In this document: piece by piece, positions 37,701 through 45,574 of the stretch
Layout: each line of letters begins with the position of its first letter
Position numbering within the stretch: position 1 is the first letter of the stretch
IMG/VR virus record: IMGVR_UViG_3300042363_001419
Span: 1 to 46,587 of that record
Source: a virus
Lineage: Duplodnaviria; Caudoviricetes
DNA length: 46,587 nt
Direction: 5' to 3' (one strand)
The notes under the pieces: model-generated
The model's input: the letters and a program-made list of their open reading frames with translations, nothing else
Told to the model about the DNA's origin: nothing
The model's database searches: none
Program-made: the position numbers and the translations under genes

Positions 37701-38522
37701 GTCTAACAGATTTACGCCAGTTGAGTAGAGGGAAAATAGAAATTCATAATGACCGGGATCAGTGTTCCAAACATAATAGAATACTTCGCCACTTGGAGTT
37801 AAGTAGATAATGGTACCGTAGTTTATACCAAAGATTCCACCTACTGTGTTTGAACCTAACCCTGGAGTTTTGATCCATGCCTCGTATGTATGAAATTGAG
37901 ACATAAAGGCTGAGCTTGCGCCAAATAGGATAATATCGTCAGTTCCGTCCAATACAAAACCTTCAGTTGAACCTGACGGTTCGTGTGCAACCCCGGTCTC
38001 AACATAGGTTACACCTGACCCGTCATACACCCTGGCTGCCCGAGATTGCGGGCTGTAAGAGGTAGTTGACAGACTTGCACCATTATTCAATGAGCCGTGA
38101 TTACCGACTCCACTTAGATCGTAAATTGTTGCACCTGATTTTGGATATGATTCAACAAAACCTGGATCAAGATGTAAAACCAGTCCGTCAGTTATAACGG
38201 ATTCAACATCCTTGGTAAAAATAGCCTTGTCAGATTGAGTTTGAAACCATGTATAACATTGCTCGACCGTTGTGTATGCCGCACCTGCTAAACTATTAGT
38301 TAAACCTAAAAGTTCAAGCCTGTTTTTTGGGCAGTAGATAGCTGGCCCGCCTGAGGCGCGGTTTAGATACACGGTCCAGCCTCCAGCAGGTGGAGTGATT
38401 CCAGCATAGTAACCGCTGGCTGAGGTTGGACCCTTAGCTACATCGCCTGGACTTACCCAAAAGTTACGAACCTTTAGGGATTTGGTTTGCGGTGATGTTG
38501 AGTATTTTAATTTATTTGCCAT
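34758..38522 (-). CDS. Long fibre/receptor-binding-like protein: shared N-domain, LamG, two carbohydrate-binding-like modules, beta domain, Gly-rich C-domain
   Basis: EPQRTN, PTSYIPTTSAAVTR, YAIHTF...VVAGGGGGG...GGSGIIIVRY. Confidence 0.8.
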   Translation of the reverse strand: MANKLKYSTSPQTKSLKVRNFWVSPGDVAKGPTSASGYYAGITPPAGGWTVYLNRASGGPAIYCPKNRLELLGLTNSLAGAAYTTVEQCYTWFQTQSDKAIFTKDVESVITDGLVLHLDPGFVESYPKSGATIYDLSGVGNHGSLNNGASLSTTSYSPQSRAARVYDGSGVTYVETGVAHEPSGSTEGFVLDGTDDIILFGASSAFMSQFHTYEAWIKTPGLGSNTVGGIFGINYGTIIYLTPSGEVFYYVWNTDPGHYEFLFSLYSTGVNLLDDQWHQIVCVRGPSEATIYIDGVFNNSTPNGGVWSGTTIWDGMTARIGENPNNVNLRFTGQIGPVRIYNRDLSADEVYTNYKQYESSYGNGVNTASLLLNFDDTLVLYNEDKILASFPGDGSADFSFSGGDGGTRVNQQGYIEQTPANLNTYSEYFATAGWNNYGGTITDNSVIAPSLAVTGTTFNGSPAGAYKTFYGIIPGQVYTASMYVKLGTATNCVIVINNTQNWNTIGGQSYTSGADGLNPDTWTRISRTFTGPASGAINWHIGFHYESGITQQSAGSFYTWGGMINIGSTAKPYQPTTDRLNYPRITYQNGRGALLSEPQRTNVNTYSQAIVAANGYNVDGCSLTANNAISPDGTQNATLFVESANSNYHRYYKHGTGTASTKVWTIFAKYKPGGREWLTMDAGPTVWFNIANGTIGTASGDIIAQIEPYKDGWYRCTYIDPTSAVNLCYVGAGTYNGDPGNYTGDSRDCFWLWGMQCEDSVLFPTSYIPTTSAAVTRPVEIFNNSSAISSIGQTEGTMFVDFIWTDLGASYPEIALYGTSGNRIGIYTWDQPAIGNNTLRAFVVGSGAVPFESDISNTLVRGQRYKAAFAYKSGDSVAYVNGVNTFTSGGTFTFSTALPEIRSTAAYPWSNNTHQFGLYTSRLTNSQLEKLTTVRSATGGTITYDGAYAIHTFIGDDVFTPNFNGTLEVMVVAGGGGGGMDMGGGGGAGGLIYTTSYPVTANLSLAVIVGAGGAGAPAGGGGYRTDGAGPQPGGHQFTISATNGSDSTFGSLSTRGGGYGASSYYGYLPNYGYGGTGGSGGGCSAYTHGGERYVDNNNIPGQGYPGGNSGNPASGADDHYSGGGGGAGARGTSGPNHVAPSGAAAHGGEGIIIPSLSPYWYAGGGGGSCYSGSKGGDGGKGGGGGAAAGGNGNTVGYGDTNGRNAAGNGALGNNAPGGNGGANTGGGGGGGSHYNWNNKGGEGGSGIIIVRYLI
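36717..36785. repeat. 69-bp exact direct repeat, copy 1 (copy 2 at 40435-40503)
   Basis: atttgttctctgtggttcac...acgaggataatttaa is identical in both long fibre genes. Confidence 0.9.
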
Positions 38523-38550
38523 TAAGCTATAAGTCTTATTCTTTTTATTA

Positions 38551-41500
38551 TTAAACCAGGTAACGTACGATTACAATACCGGAACCACCAGGTCCGCCGA
38601 TACCTGCAGAACCGCCAGCTCCACCGCCTCCACCGCCACCGCTATTGGTAGCACCAGATCCGCCAGTTGAAGCTGACCCAGTTGCGCCGTTCGACGCTGA
38701 ATTTATTGATTTAGTATCGCCTGTACCGCCAGTTGAACCAGTAGATGCTCCACCGGCTCCACCGCCTTTACCTCCGTCTCCACCTTCAACTGCATTAAAT
38801 GCACCAGGGCCTCCGCCTCCAGCAAAATAGTAAGTGGTACCTAAAATTGAAAAAGGTAAACCATCAGCTCCATTTAATTTGGTTGGATCGCTAGAGTCAG
38901 CTCGACTCGCCGCCGCACCAGAAGCACCACCTCCGCCTGCACCAGTAGCATTATAACCTGATCTAGGTCCAACATTTCCACCGGCATTACCTTGACTGGT
39001 AATTGAGGTACCGCCTGATGCGTATTGAACTCCTTGAGTTCCTGAAGCACCGCCGCCTGAACCGCCGGCTCGACCGTTTGGATCGCCAGCTCCTCCCCAA
39101 GTTCCGCCGCCTCCGCCTCCGATTGCAGTTGCTGACCCAAAATAAGTGTTTGAACCGTTACTGCCTCTAACATCGGCCGGTCCACCTGCTCCACCTGCTC
39201 CAATTATTACTGAGAATGGAGTTTCGGCAATTACCGAGTAGGCCGTGCGGCTAATTAAGCCTCCACCGCCTCCGCCTCCACCTACGTGAGAACCTCCACC
39301 GCCTCCACCTGCAACTACAAGGACTTCAATTGTACCGCTGAAATCTGGTGTGAATGTGCCGTCTCCAGTAAATGTGTGTATCGCATAAGGACCGTCATAA
39401 CTAACACTGCCACCTGATGCAGAACGTAGTGTAGTTAATTCTTCGAGTTGAGTGTTGGTTAAACGTGAAGTAAATGCAGCTAACGTATGTGCATTAAATT
39501 GTCCATAATAAAATGATGCATAGTATTGGGTTGAAAAGGTTGAAAATCCGCTAGGAATTCCACTTCCATCTATTCCTACTTGTACACCGTCAACATAAAA
39601 AACCATATCATTATTCGCATAGGCAATAGCGCATTTGTGTTTACCAACATCTATTGCAGGAGATGATATACTCGCTATTACCGAGCCATCATATTCAATA
39701 TAATATAGTAAATTTCCATTAATTAACTCAACATATCGTTCGCCTGGCCCGCCATCTTTCATGTACCATAATACCGGTTGATTAGTTTGAGCATTACTGT
39801 ATAAATTATCTAAAGTAAAATCAAAATAAACTGTTCCTGAACTTTGGCCGATTAATGAGGTAGCTGAAGTTTTAGCAGCAACATCTGCCGGTCTAGTTAC
39901 TGTGGCTGATGTTGTTGGGATGTATGAGGTTGGGTATAAACCAGCTTCAACTTGAATTCCATAAACATATATTCCCGATACACCATTCCCTGTATAACTA
40001 AAGTTTCCATTAGATATGGCAGGGTGGATTTTTGGAGCGTAATACGCTCCTCCTGAAGACCATGTTCCTGTAATCCATACTCTATACCACCCATCTTTCC
40101 AGGGTTCTATACCATAGTTATTAAATGCCCAACCGGCATCAAATGTTCCAGTACTTCCTAACTCTCCATTAGCTATATTAGCATAACCATACACAGCTCC
40201 TACTTCAAAATAAATCCATTCTCTTCCATTAGGTTTTGCATAAAATGAACATACGTAAGTTCCAAAAGATCCAAAAGGAGAGTTTTTAAGAATATATCTT
40301 TGACCGGACCCTGTATCTTCAACTAATTTTGAAGCATTTTGAGTTCCATCAGGAGATGTTGTAGACCCATAAACAATAGTTAATCCAGAAGTTGAGTATG
40401 TGGAAGATGAGATGAATTGGGAATTAGTATTTAAATTTGTTCTCTGTGGTTCACTTAATAAAGCACCTCTACCATTTTGATAAGTTATACGAGGATAATT
40501 TAAGCGGTCTGTTGTTGGTTGGTATGGTTTTGCGGTTGACCCAATATTAATTTGTGGATGCCAGATATAGAAACTTTTAGTTGGATCGCTTAACGTACTT
40601 AGATAAAATCCGCCCCATGGTCCGTTAGGATTAAAGGTTACGGTTATTTGTTGCCACTCACCAATGATTGAGACCCAACCATGAGAGGTAGCAACTCCAT
40701 CGCTAAGATAGGCTTGCATTGCTGCACCAGAAAAGCTCTTGATCCAGAAAGATATTGTGATTGTTGCAGGTAATGGATGGCCTGAATAGGTTGGGCCGAA
40801 TGCTCCATTACTCCATAAACCATTTGTTCCTACTGACGTGTACTTATAGGCAGTGTTACCGCCAATTGGATCTGGCCAGCCTCCGCTGATTGTGCCGCCC
40901 TCTAAGCTCCATGATGCATAAGTTTCGGAGTGCCTTAACAAATTAACTGGAGTTACTTCAATATACCCTTGTTGATTTACTCTAGTACCTCCATCGCCTC
41001 CTGAAAAAGTAAAATCACCAGTACCGTTAGTAGGTAATTGCGAATATACAGTATCCTCAGCATAGGCAACCAATCGTTCGTCCGCATTTAATAATATTGA
41101 TGCAGAGTTGAGCAGATTCATGTGGCTGCTTAAGGACTGTCTATAGTTATTCTTGATCTCATCGGTTGTCAGCACTCGATCATAGACTCTAACCAGTGCA
41201 ATATCGCCGTTAAAGTAACTAGCGCCTTGATGACCAAGTAGAAAATCACCGGTTCCATTATAACTAAATGTTCCAGCAGGTAGAGAAACAACTCCATCAC
41301 CAGTCTCTCCGTTAAAATAACTTCGAATTGCATCGCCTGTTTTAAAAGTAAACACTACATGGGTGTATTCAGTAGTTGAAATATTTCTGGAGGTATTGCA
41401 ACGATACTCAATTCCATTAACTTGGTGTAGAGCTCTAATTTTAGTTCCACCAGTTTCCAAGAAAATAAGCCAGCTATTGGTGTAAGAGTCCTTACCAAAA

Positions 41501-42183
41501 AGTCTCACCCAACCTGAAGTAATTGAGTTGGCTTTAATAACCATTTCAACAGTTAATTCGGTTGGCGGCATTAGGCTTAAAGAGTTGGGAATTGATAAGT
41601 AGTCATTGGCTCCATCAAATACCATGCTATCATTAAAACCTGCAGAGTCAGTCGCTAGTCCTTGTTCTGAATATCCGCCAGCTGCATTCACTCTGGTTAA
41701 TTGAGCTTGTGAAGTATATCTGCCGGTTGAAATGGCGGCTCCGTTTTGCAGAGTCGCATTTGCACCGCTACCACTTAAGTCATAGTAGCTTGTGCCTGAT
41801 CCAGGATAGGAAGACTTATTATTTGGATCTAGGTAAAGTACAAGTCCATTAGTCGCAACCGGTTCAACCTCTTTGCTAAAGACCATTTTGTCAGACTGGG
41901 TACTAAAATAGGTAAAACACTGAGCCACCGTAGTATATGCAGTGCCAGCGATTTGATTAGTCATCTTAACAAGTTCAGCATCGGTCTTTGGACAATAGAT
42001 TGACGGGCCTTGTGAAGCCTTGTTTAGGTATATCGTGTAACCTCCGACTGGCGGAGAGATACTTGACCAATATCCACTAGTTGAAGTGGCTGTATGTGGA
42101 ACATCGCCAGTTCCTATCCAGAAGTTACCTTTTTTAAGAGCTTGATGTTGCGGTGATGTTGAGTACTGTATTGTATTTGCCAC
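38551..42183 (-). CDS. Long fibre/receptor-binding-like protein, paralog of 34758-38522 (GTG start)
   Basis: Same domain order and conserved junction peptides. Confidence 0.8.
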   Translation of the reverse strand: MANTIQYSTSPQHQALKKGNFWIGTGDVPHTATSTSGYWSSISPPVGGYTIYLNKASQGPSIYCPKTDAELVKMTNQIAGTAYTTVAQCFTYFSTQSDKMVFSKEVEPVATNGLVLYLDPNNKSSYPGSGTSYYDLSGSGANATLQNGAAISTGRYTSQAQLTRVNAAGGYSEQGLATDSAGFNDSMVFDGANDYLSIPNSLSLMPPTELTVEMVIKANSITSGWVRLFGKDSYTNSWLIFLETGGTKIRALHQVNGIEYRCNTSRNISTTEYTHVVFTFKTGDAIRSYFNGETGDGVVSLPAGTFSYNGTGDFLLGHQGASYFNGDIALVRVYDRVLTTDEIKNNYRQSLSSHMNLLNSASILLNADERLVAYAEDTVYSQLPTNGTGDFTFSGGDGGTRVNQQGYIEVTPVNLLRHSETYASWSLEGGTISGGWPDPIGGNTAYKYTSVGTNGLWSNGAFGPTYSGHPLPATITISFWIKSFSGAAMQAYLSDGVATSHGWVSIIGEWQQITVTFNPNGPWGGFYLSTLSDPTKSFYIWHPQINIGSTAKPYQPTTDRLNYPRITYQNGRGALLSEPQRTNLNTNSQFISSSTYSTSGLTIVYGSTTSPDGTQNASKLVEDTGSGQRYILKNSPFGSFGTYVCSFYAKPNGREWIYFEVGAVYGYANIANGELGSTGTFDAGWAFNNYGIEPWKDGWYRVWITGTWSSGGAYYAPKIHPAISNGNFSYTGNGVSGIYVYGIQVEAGLYPTSYIPTTSATVTRPADVAAKTSATSLIGQSSGTVYFDFTLDNLYSNAQTNQPVLWYMKDGGPGERYVELINGNLLYYIEYDGSVIASISSPAIDVGKHKCAIAYANNDMVFYVDGVQVGIDGSGIPSGFSTFSTQYYASFYYGQFNAHTLAAFTSRLTNTQLEELTTLRSASGGSVSYDGPYAIHTFTGDGTFTPDFSGTIEVLVVAGGGGGGSHVGGGGGGGGLISRTAYSVIAETPFSVIIGAGGAGGPADVRGSNGSNTYFGSATAIGGGGGGTWGGAGDPNGRAGGSGGGASGTQGVQYASGGTSITSQGNAGGNVGPRSGYNATGAGGGGASGAAASRADSSDPTKLNGADGLPFSILGTTYYFAGGGGPGAFNAVEGGDGGKGGGAGGASTGSTGGTGDTKSINSASNGATGSASTGGSGATNSGGGGGGGAGGSAGIGGPGGSGIVIVRYLV
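40435..40503. repeat. 69-bp exact direct repeat, copy 2
   Basis: Identical to 36717-36785. Confidence 0.9.
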
Positions 42184-42218
42184 TAAGAGTTGGTTATTTC
42201 TTAGGGTTATTTATTAAA
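42179..42218. repeat. 40-bp exact direct repeat (late promoter + leader + GTG start), copy 1
   Basis: gccactaagagttggttatttcttagggttatttattaaa; identical at 44289-44328. Confidence 0.92.
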
Positions 42219-42444
42219 CCATGACCAGCCAGAAGTGGTTGCTCGTCTCGAAGCGTAGTGAGGTTGAGTCGTACAGCCCCTGAGCAGTTTCTAGGGTGGA
42301 CACAAACTCAGGTTCAGTTGAGGATTCCCAACCCACATGGGTTAGTTGCTTATTTACTGAGTATTGCAAGCTCTCCAGGGTTTGGGTAACTTTAGAGAAG
42401 TCTACCTTTGGGATTTCGGACACGTTAAAAATTACTGATGTCAT
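42214..42444 (-). CDS. Small fibre-associated protein (paralog of 26036-26314)
   Basis: IFNVSEIPKVDFSKV...SV....W....P.FV.TL.T..G.Y. Confidence 0.7.
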   Translation of the reverse strand: MTSVIFNVSEIPKVDFSKVTQTLESLQYSVNKQLTHVGWESSTEPEFVSTLETAQGLYDSTSLRFETSNHFWLVMV

Positions 42445-42445
42445 A

Positions 42446-44293
42446 TTATAGTATTTGTTTTAGTTCAGCTTTACCGATTAGCATCACAGGCAATGGGCTT
42501 GTTCCACCAGGTACAGAGTAATTTATGAGGTGCATATACGATACGTATTTGGTACCAAATCTAAATTGTCCGCCAGAATTTGAGGACTCGCCAGTAAACG
42601 GCCCATAGGTGTATTCGTTCCAACTGCCATAGGCTCCCTCAGCTGGATAGAACACGTAATTAAAGGTTCCGCCAGCTCGACCATTACACACGGCTGTACC
42701 CGCTGGAGTTGGATATCCAATATCTGGGAAAGTTGTCCAGGTACTATCACCATCATAGAACCTGATTCTAAGCTCTCCACCGCCAATATCAGTTACTTCA
42801 TTGTAGACGATATTGATATCGCCGTATCCAATTCGGGTGTACCTCCACTTATCATGAAACTCAGGATGTGAAGGTGGATAGACCATGAAGTGCCTGAAAA
42901 TCCAGTAGTATGACTCGCCGCCTGCACCAAACCACTGGTTATTTTGATTAGAGACGTAGGCATAGGCATCGCCTGGATTTAGGTCCCTAGTTAAATAGGT
43001 GTTTGCAGTGCCGCCGCCCATTCTAAGATCTATGAATCGTTGACTTGAATCGTAACAGATAAATCCTTGGTGGCCGCCTGACAGTATATTATCGCCGGCT
43101 CCGCCCTTGGTTAGGGTTCGGGTAACCACCGTGTATTGGTAGTTCTTGCTTGTGTCGACCTCAACCAGAGCATTGCTTAGGAAAGTTGAATAGTGCACTT
43201 GCGGCATCTGTAGAGAATATGGAGCACCGTCATAGGTTACCGATGAGTTTGCGGTGCCTGATGTAAAATTAAAATTGCCGTTCTTAAAGTCTCCATTGGT
43301 AAAAAAATTAACGTACCTGCCCTTTTGTGCATTGTAATTCTGAGTTATCTCAGCTTGGGTTAATGATCTATTATAGACTCTAAAAGAACCAAGATTCATT
43401 GGCATATAATATCCGCCATAACCCCAACTTGCAATACGCCCGTTTCCGCTACTGAAATTTCTGCCGCTTGGAGATTCAGAGCCAAGTATTTGAGTGAGAG
43501 TCTGTTGCACTCCATTAATGTATATTTTATTATTAGTGTAAGATACATCACTACGAAATTCAAAAACATAATGGGCCCAACGGTCTACAACATTTAAAGA
43601 GTCAACGGTTGCTTGAGGAATTCCATAAACATCGCTATTTCCAGTATTGTAACCAATCGCTGCACCTGCACAATAGATATCATAACCCTGCCATCCACAA
43701 AACATCTTGCCATTATAGCTGCTACTGACCTTACACCACATTTCAACAGTGGCAGTAGTGGTCAGACTTGGTGCATTGAAATCTGCATAATCATCCACTC
43801 CATCCAGCACTAAATTACCCTTGCCTTCTGAATTAAAGGTCGGACTGTTAACTAGCACACCATTACTGGCATTTAGGCTAATATCATAGGCCGTCGTACC
43901 ACTTTGTGGATAAGATGAAGTGAATCCAAAATCAAGATCAAGTACAAGTCCGTTAACTACAATTCGTTCATAGTCCAGATTGAAACACATTTTGTCAGAT
44001 TGAGTTAGGTAATAACCCAAGCAGTCAGCAATGGTAGTTAAGCCTGGATTGCCAGCTAGCCGTTTAGTAAGTGAGACCAGTTCAGAATCAGTTGTGGCAA
44101 CATATACGCTTGGGCCTTTGCCGTCTGTCTTATAGAGATACACGACATAACCTCCAGCTGGGGGTATAAGTCCAGCATGGTACCCAGTTATTGAGGTTGG
44201 ACCAGTTGCAATATTACCGGGTTCTATCCAAAAGTTACCCTTTTTAAGTGTATTGGATTGAGGTGAGGTTGAGTATTTAAGTTTATTCGCCAC
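42446..44293 (-). CDS. Fibre/receptor-binding-like protein: shared N-domain + LamG + carbohydrate-binding-like C-domain (GTG start)
   Basis: LDGVDDY, WAHYVF, YNRSLTQAEI; NFFTNGDF...FRFGTKYV. Confidence 0.8.
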   Translation of the reverse strand: MANKLKYSTSPQSNTLKKGNFWIEPGNIATGPTSITGYHAGLIPPAGGYVVYLYKTDGKGPSVYVATTDSELVSLTKRLAGNPGLTTIADCLGYYLTQSDKMCFNLDYERIVVNGLVLDLDFGFTSSYPQSGTTAYDISLNASNGVLVNSPTFNSEGKGNLVLDGVDDYADFNAPSLTTTATVEMWCKVSSSYNGKMFCGWQGYDIYCAGAAIGYNTGNSDVYGIPQATVDSLNVVDRWAHYVFEFRSDVSYTNNKIYINGVQQTLTQILGSESPSGRNFSSGNGRIASWGYGGYYMPMNLGSFRVYNRSLTQAEITQNYNAQKGRYVNFFTNGDFKNGNFNFTSGTANSSVTYDGAPYSLQMPQVHYSTFLSNALVEVDTSKNYQYTVVTRTLTKGGAGDNILSGGHQGFICYDSSQRFIDLRMGGGTANTYLTRDLNPGDAYAYVSNQNNQWFGAGGESYYWIFRHFMVYPPSHPEFHDKWRYTRIGYGDINIVYNEVTDIGGGELRIRFYDGDSTWTTFPDIGYPTPAGTAVCNGRAGGTFNYVFYPAEGAYGSWNEYTYGPFTGESSNSGGQFRFGTKYVSYMHLINYSVPGGTSPLPVMLIGKAELKQIL

Positions 44294-44328
44294 TAAGAGT
44301 TGGTTATTTCTTAGGGTTATTTATTAAA
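44289..44328. repeat. 40-bp exact direct repeat, copy 2
   Basis: Identical to 42179-42218. Confidence 0.92.
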
Positions 44329-44329
44329 A

Positions 44330-44354
44330 AAGGAGCCTCATTGCTGGGCTCCTT
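44330..44354 (-). terminator. Intrinsic terminator insulating the fibre array
   Basis: AAGGAGCC-loop-GGCTCCTT with a T-run on the minus strand running into the late promoter. Confidence 0.75.
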
Positions 44355-44358
44355 AAGA

Positions 44359-44544
44359 TTAGGGTTTGTGGTAGATGACTGACCTAAGCGGGATGGTATC
44401 ACCAACGTCATACTTAGCAGTAGAGTAAATCATGCCGGTGTCTTGATGCTGGTTAGAGTCAACCACACGGTAGGAATAGTCTCCAGGCTTGCAAATCCAG
44501 CAGGCCAAGACAACATAAAATTTAATAACAAATAGGGTTTTCAT
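44359..44544 (-). CDS. Hypothetical protein, 61 aa
   Basis: ORF with GTATAATA upstream; KYDVGDTI motif. Confidence 0.6.
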   Translation of the reverse strand: MKTLFVIKFYVVLACWICKPGDYSYRVVDSNQHQDTGMIYSTAKYDVGDTIPLRSVIYHKP

Positions 44545-44575
44545 TTGGGATTATTATACCCAAAGCCTGTTGGGA

Positions 44576-44812
44576 TTAGCTAACTAGACTGTCAATATTT
44601 AGGCCACGCGAATTAAGTTCTGCATAAAAGAAATCCCTGAACTCGTCAAGGGTTTTGTACTCGCAATCACTAAGATTGCTGTGTTTAAGTTTGCTGCGAA
44701 GCTCGGCCTCAAGTTTAAGAATAAAGAGCACAAGATCCAATGATTGCACACAGCGTAGGTGAGCTTCAATATCAGAAGGTTCGTTTAGGTCAAATTCAAG
44801 TATTGCTTTCAT
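44576..44812 (-). CDS. Hypothetical phage protein (MKAILEFDL family)
   Basis: MKAILEF.L...LRSKLKH pattern common in small phage ORFs. Confidence 0.75.
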   Translation of the reverse strand: MKAILEFDLNEPSDIEAHLRCVQSLDLVLFILKLEAELRSKLKHSNLSDCEYKTLDEFRDFFYAELNSRGLNIDSLVS

Positions 44813-44821
44813 ATAGGTAGT

Positions 44822-45067
44822 TTAGCGACTGTGTTTCTCTCGGTAGGCTTGAGCCTCAACCCCTTTTAATATGTTTGCAAGAACCTTGGCAACCTCTTCG
44901 TAATTAACATCAGTATATTTGTCATCAATCAAATCATTTATATCTGCATATAAATCGCCTGTTCTATTTTGACCGGGTATTACAAACTTGGATTCTTGAT
45001 CCACCGGTTTTTTTGAAAACATGTGTTCGTTTACAAAATTGTTAAATCCTTTAACTATATTTTTCAT
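44822..45067 (-). CDS. Small late protein with capsid-targeting-like N-terminus, 81 aa
   Basis: Start re-called at MKNIVKGFNNFVNE, downstream of the late promoter at 45092-45100. Confidence 0.7.
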   Translation of the reverse strand: MKNIVKGFNNFVNEHMFSKKPVDQESKFVIPGQNRTGDLYADINDLIDDKYTDVNYEEVAKVLANILKGVEAQAYREKHSR

Positions 45068-45120
45068 CTGTTTAATTCTTTTTTTTATAAGGTTATTTAT
45101 CTGGTGTCTATTATACCAAA

Positions 45121-45146
45121 AAAGTCCGCTCACAAGAGCAGACTTT
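45121..45146 (-). terminator. Intrinsic terminator
   Basis: Minus strand AAAGTCTGCTC-TTGT-GAGCGGACTTT-TTT. Confidence 0.75.
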
Positions 45147-45164
45147 AGATAAATTGGGTTGCGG

Positions 45165-45554
45165 TTAGCGATTAAGTATCTCGTGGATACGTGGATCTTC
45201 TCCAGCTGGAGGAAATGCCTGAATTAAGTATTCAGCAAATACGCGCAAGGTCTCTTTGTGTTTTTCTGGATCAACGGTACATACTCCGTCTACTCCGTCC
45301 TTACCATCTACACCATTGATTCCGTTGGTACCATTAGCACCAGCAGCACCATTAGCGCCGTCCTTACCGTCTACTCCGTCTTTACCAGCTTTACCAGCCT
45401 TACCTGGTGCACCATCAACTCCGTCTTTACCAGCTATACCTTTATCGCCTTTAAGCGCGGTTACTGCCAAACGATTAGCTAGAGTTGTGTTAATTTTTGA
45501 CTGCACTGCAATTAAAATCACTAGAGCAAGTGCCAATACGATTGAAATTATCAT
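45165..45554 (-). CDS. Membrane-anchored collagen-like protein
   Basis: N-terminal hydrophobic helix, 19 contiguous G-X-Y triplets; late promoter at 45574-45582. Confidence 0.85.
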   Translation of the reverse strand: MIISIVLALALVILIAVQSKINTTLANRLAVTALKGDKGIAGKDGVDGAPGKAGKAGKDGVDGKDGANGAAGANGTNGINGVDGKDGVDGVCTVDPEKHKETLRVFAEYLIQAFPPAGEDPRIHEILNR

Positions 45555-45574
45555 AGTTGTTTGTTTATTTAGGG

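Noticed and set aside
26737-44293. Diversity-generating retroelement or invertase shufflon acting on the fibre genes
   Set aside because: No reverse transcriptase or recombinase in the window, no adenine-specific TR/VR pair seen, and the repeats are direct and exact
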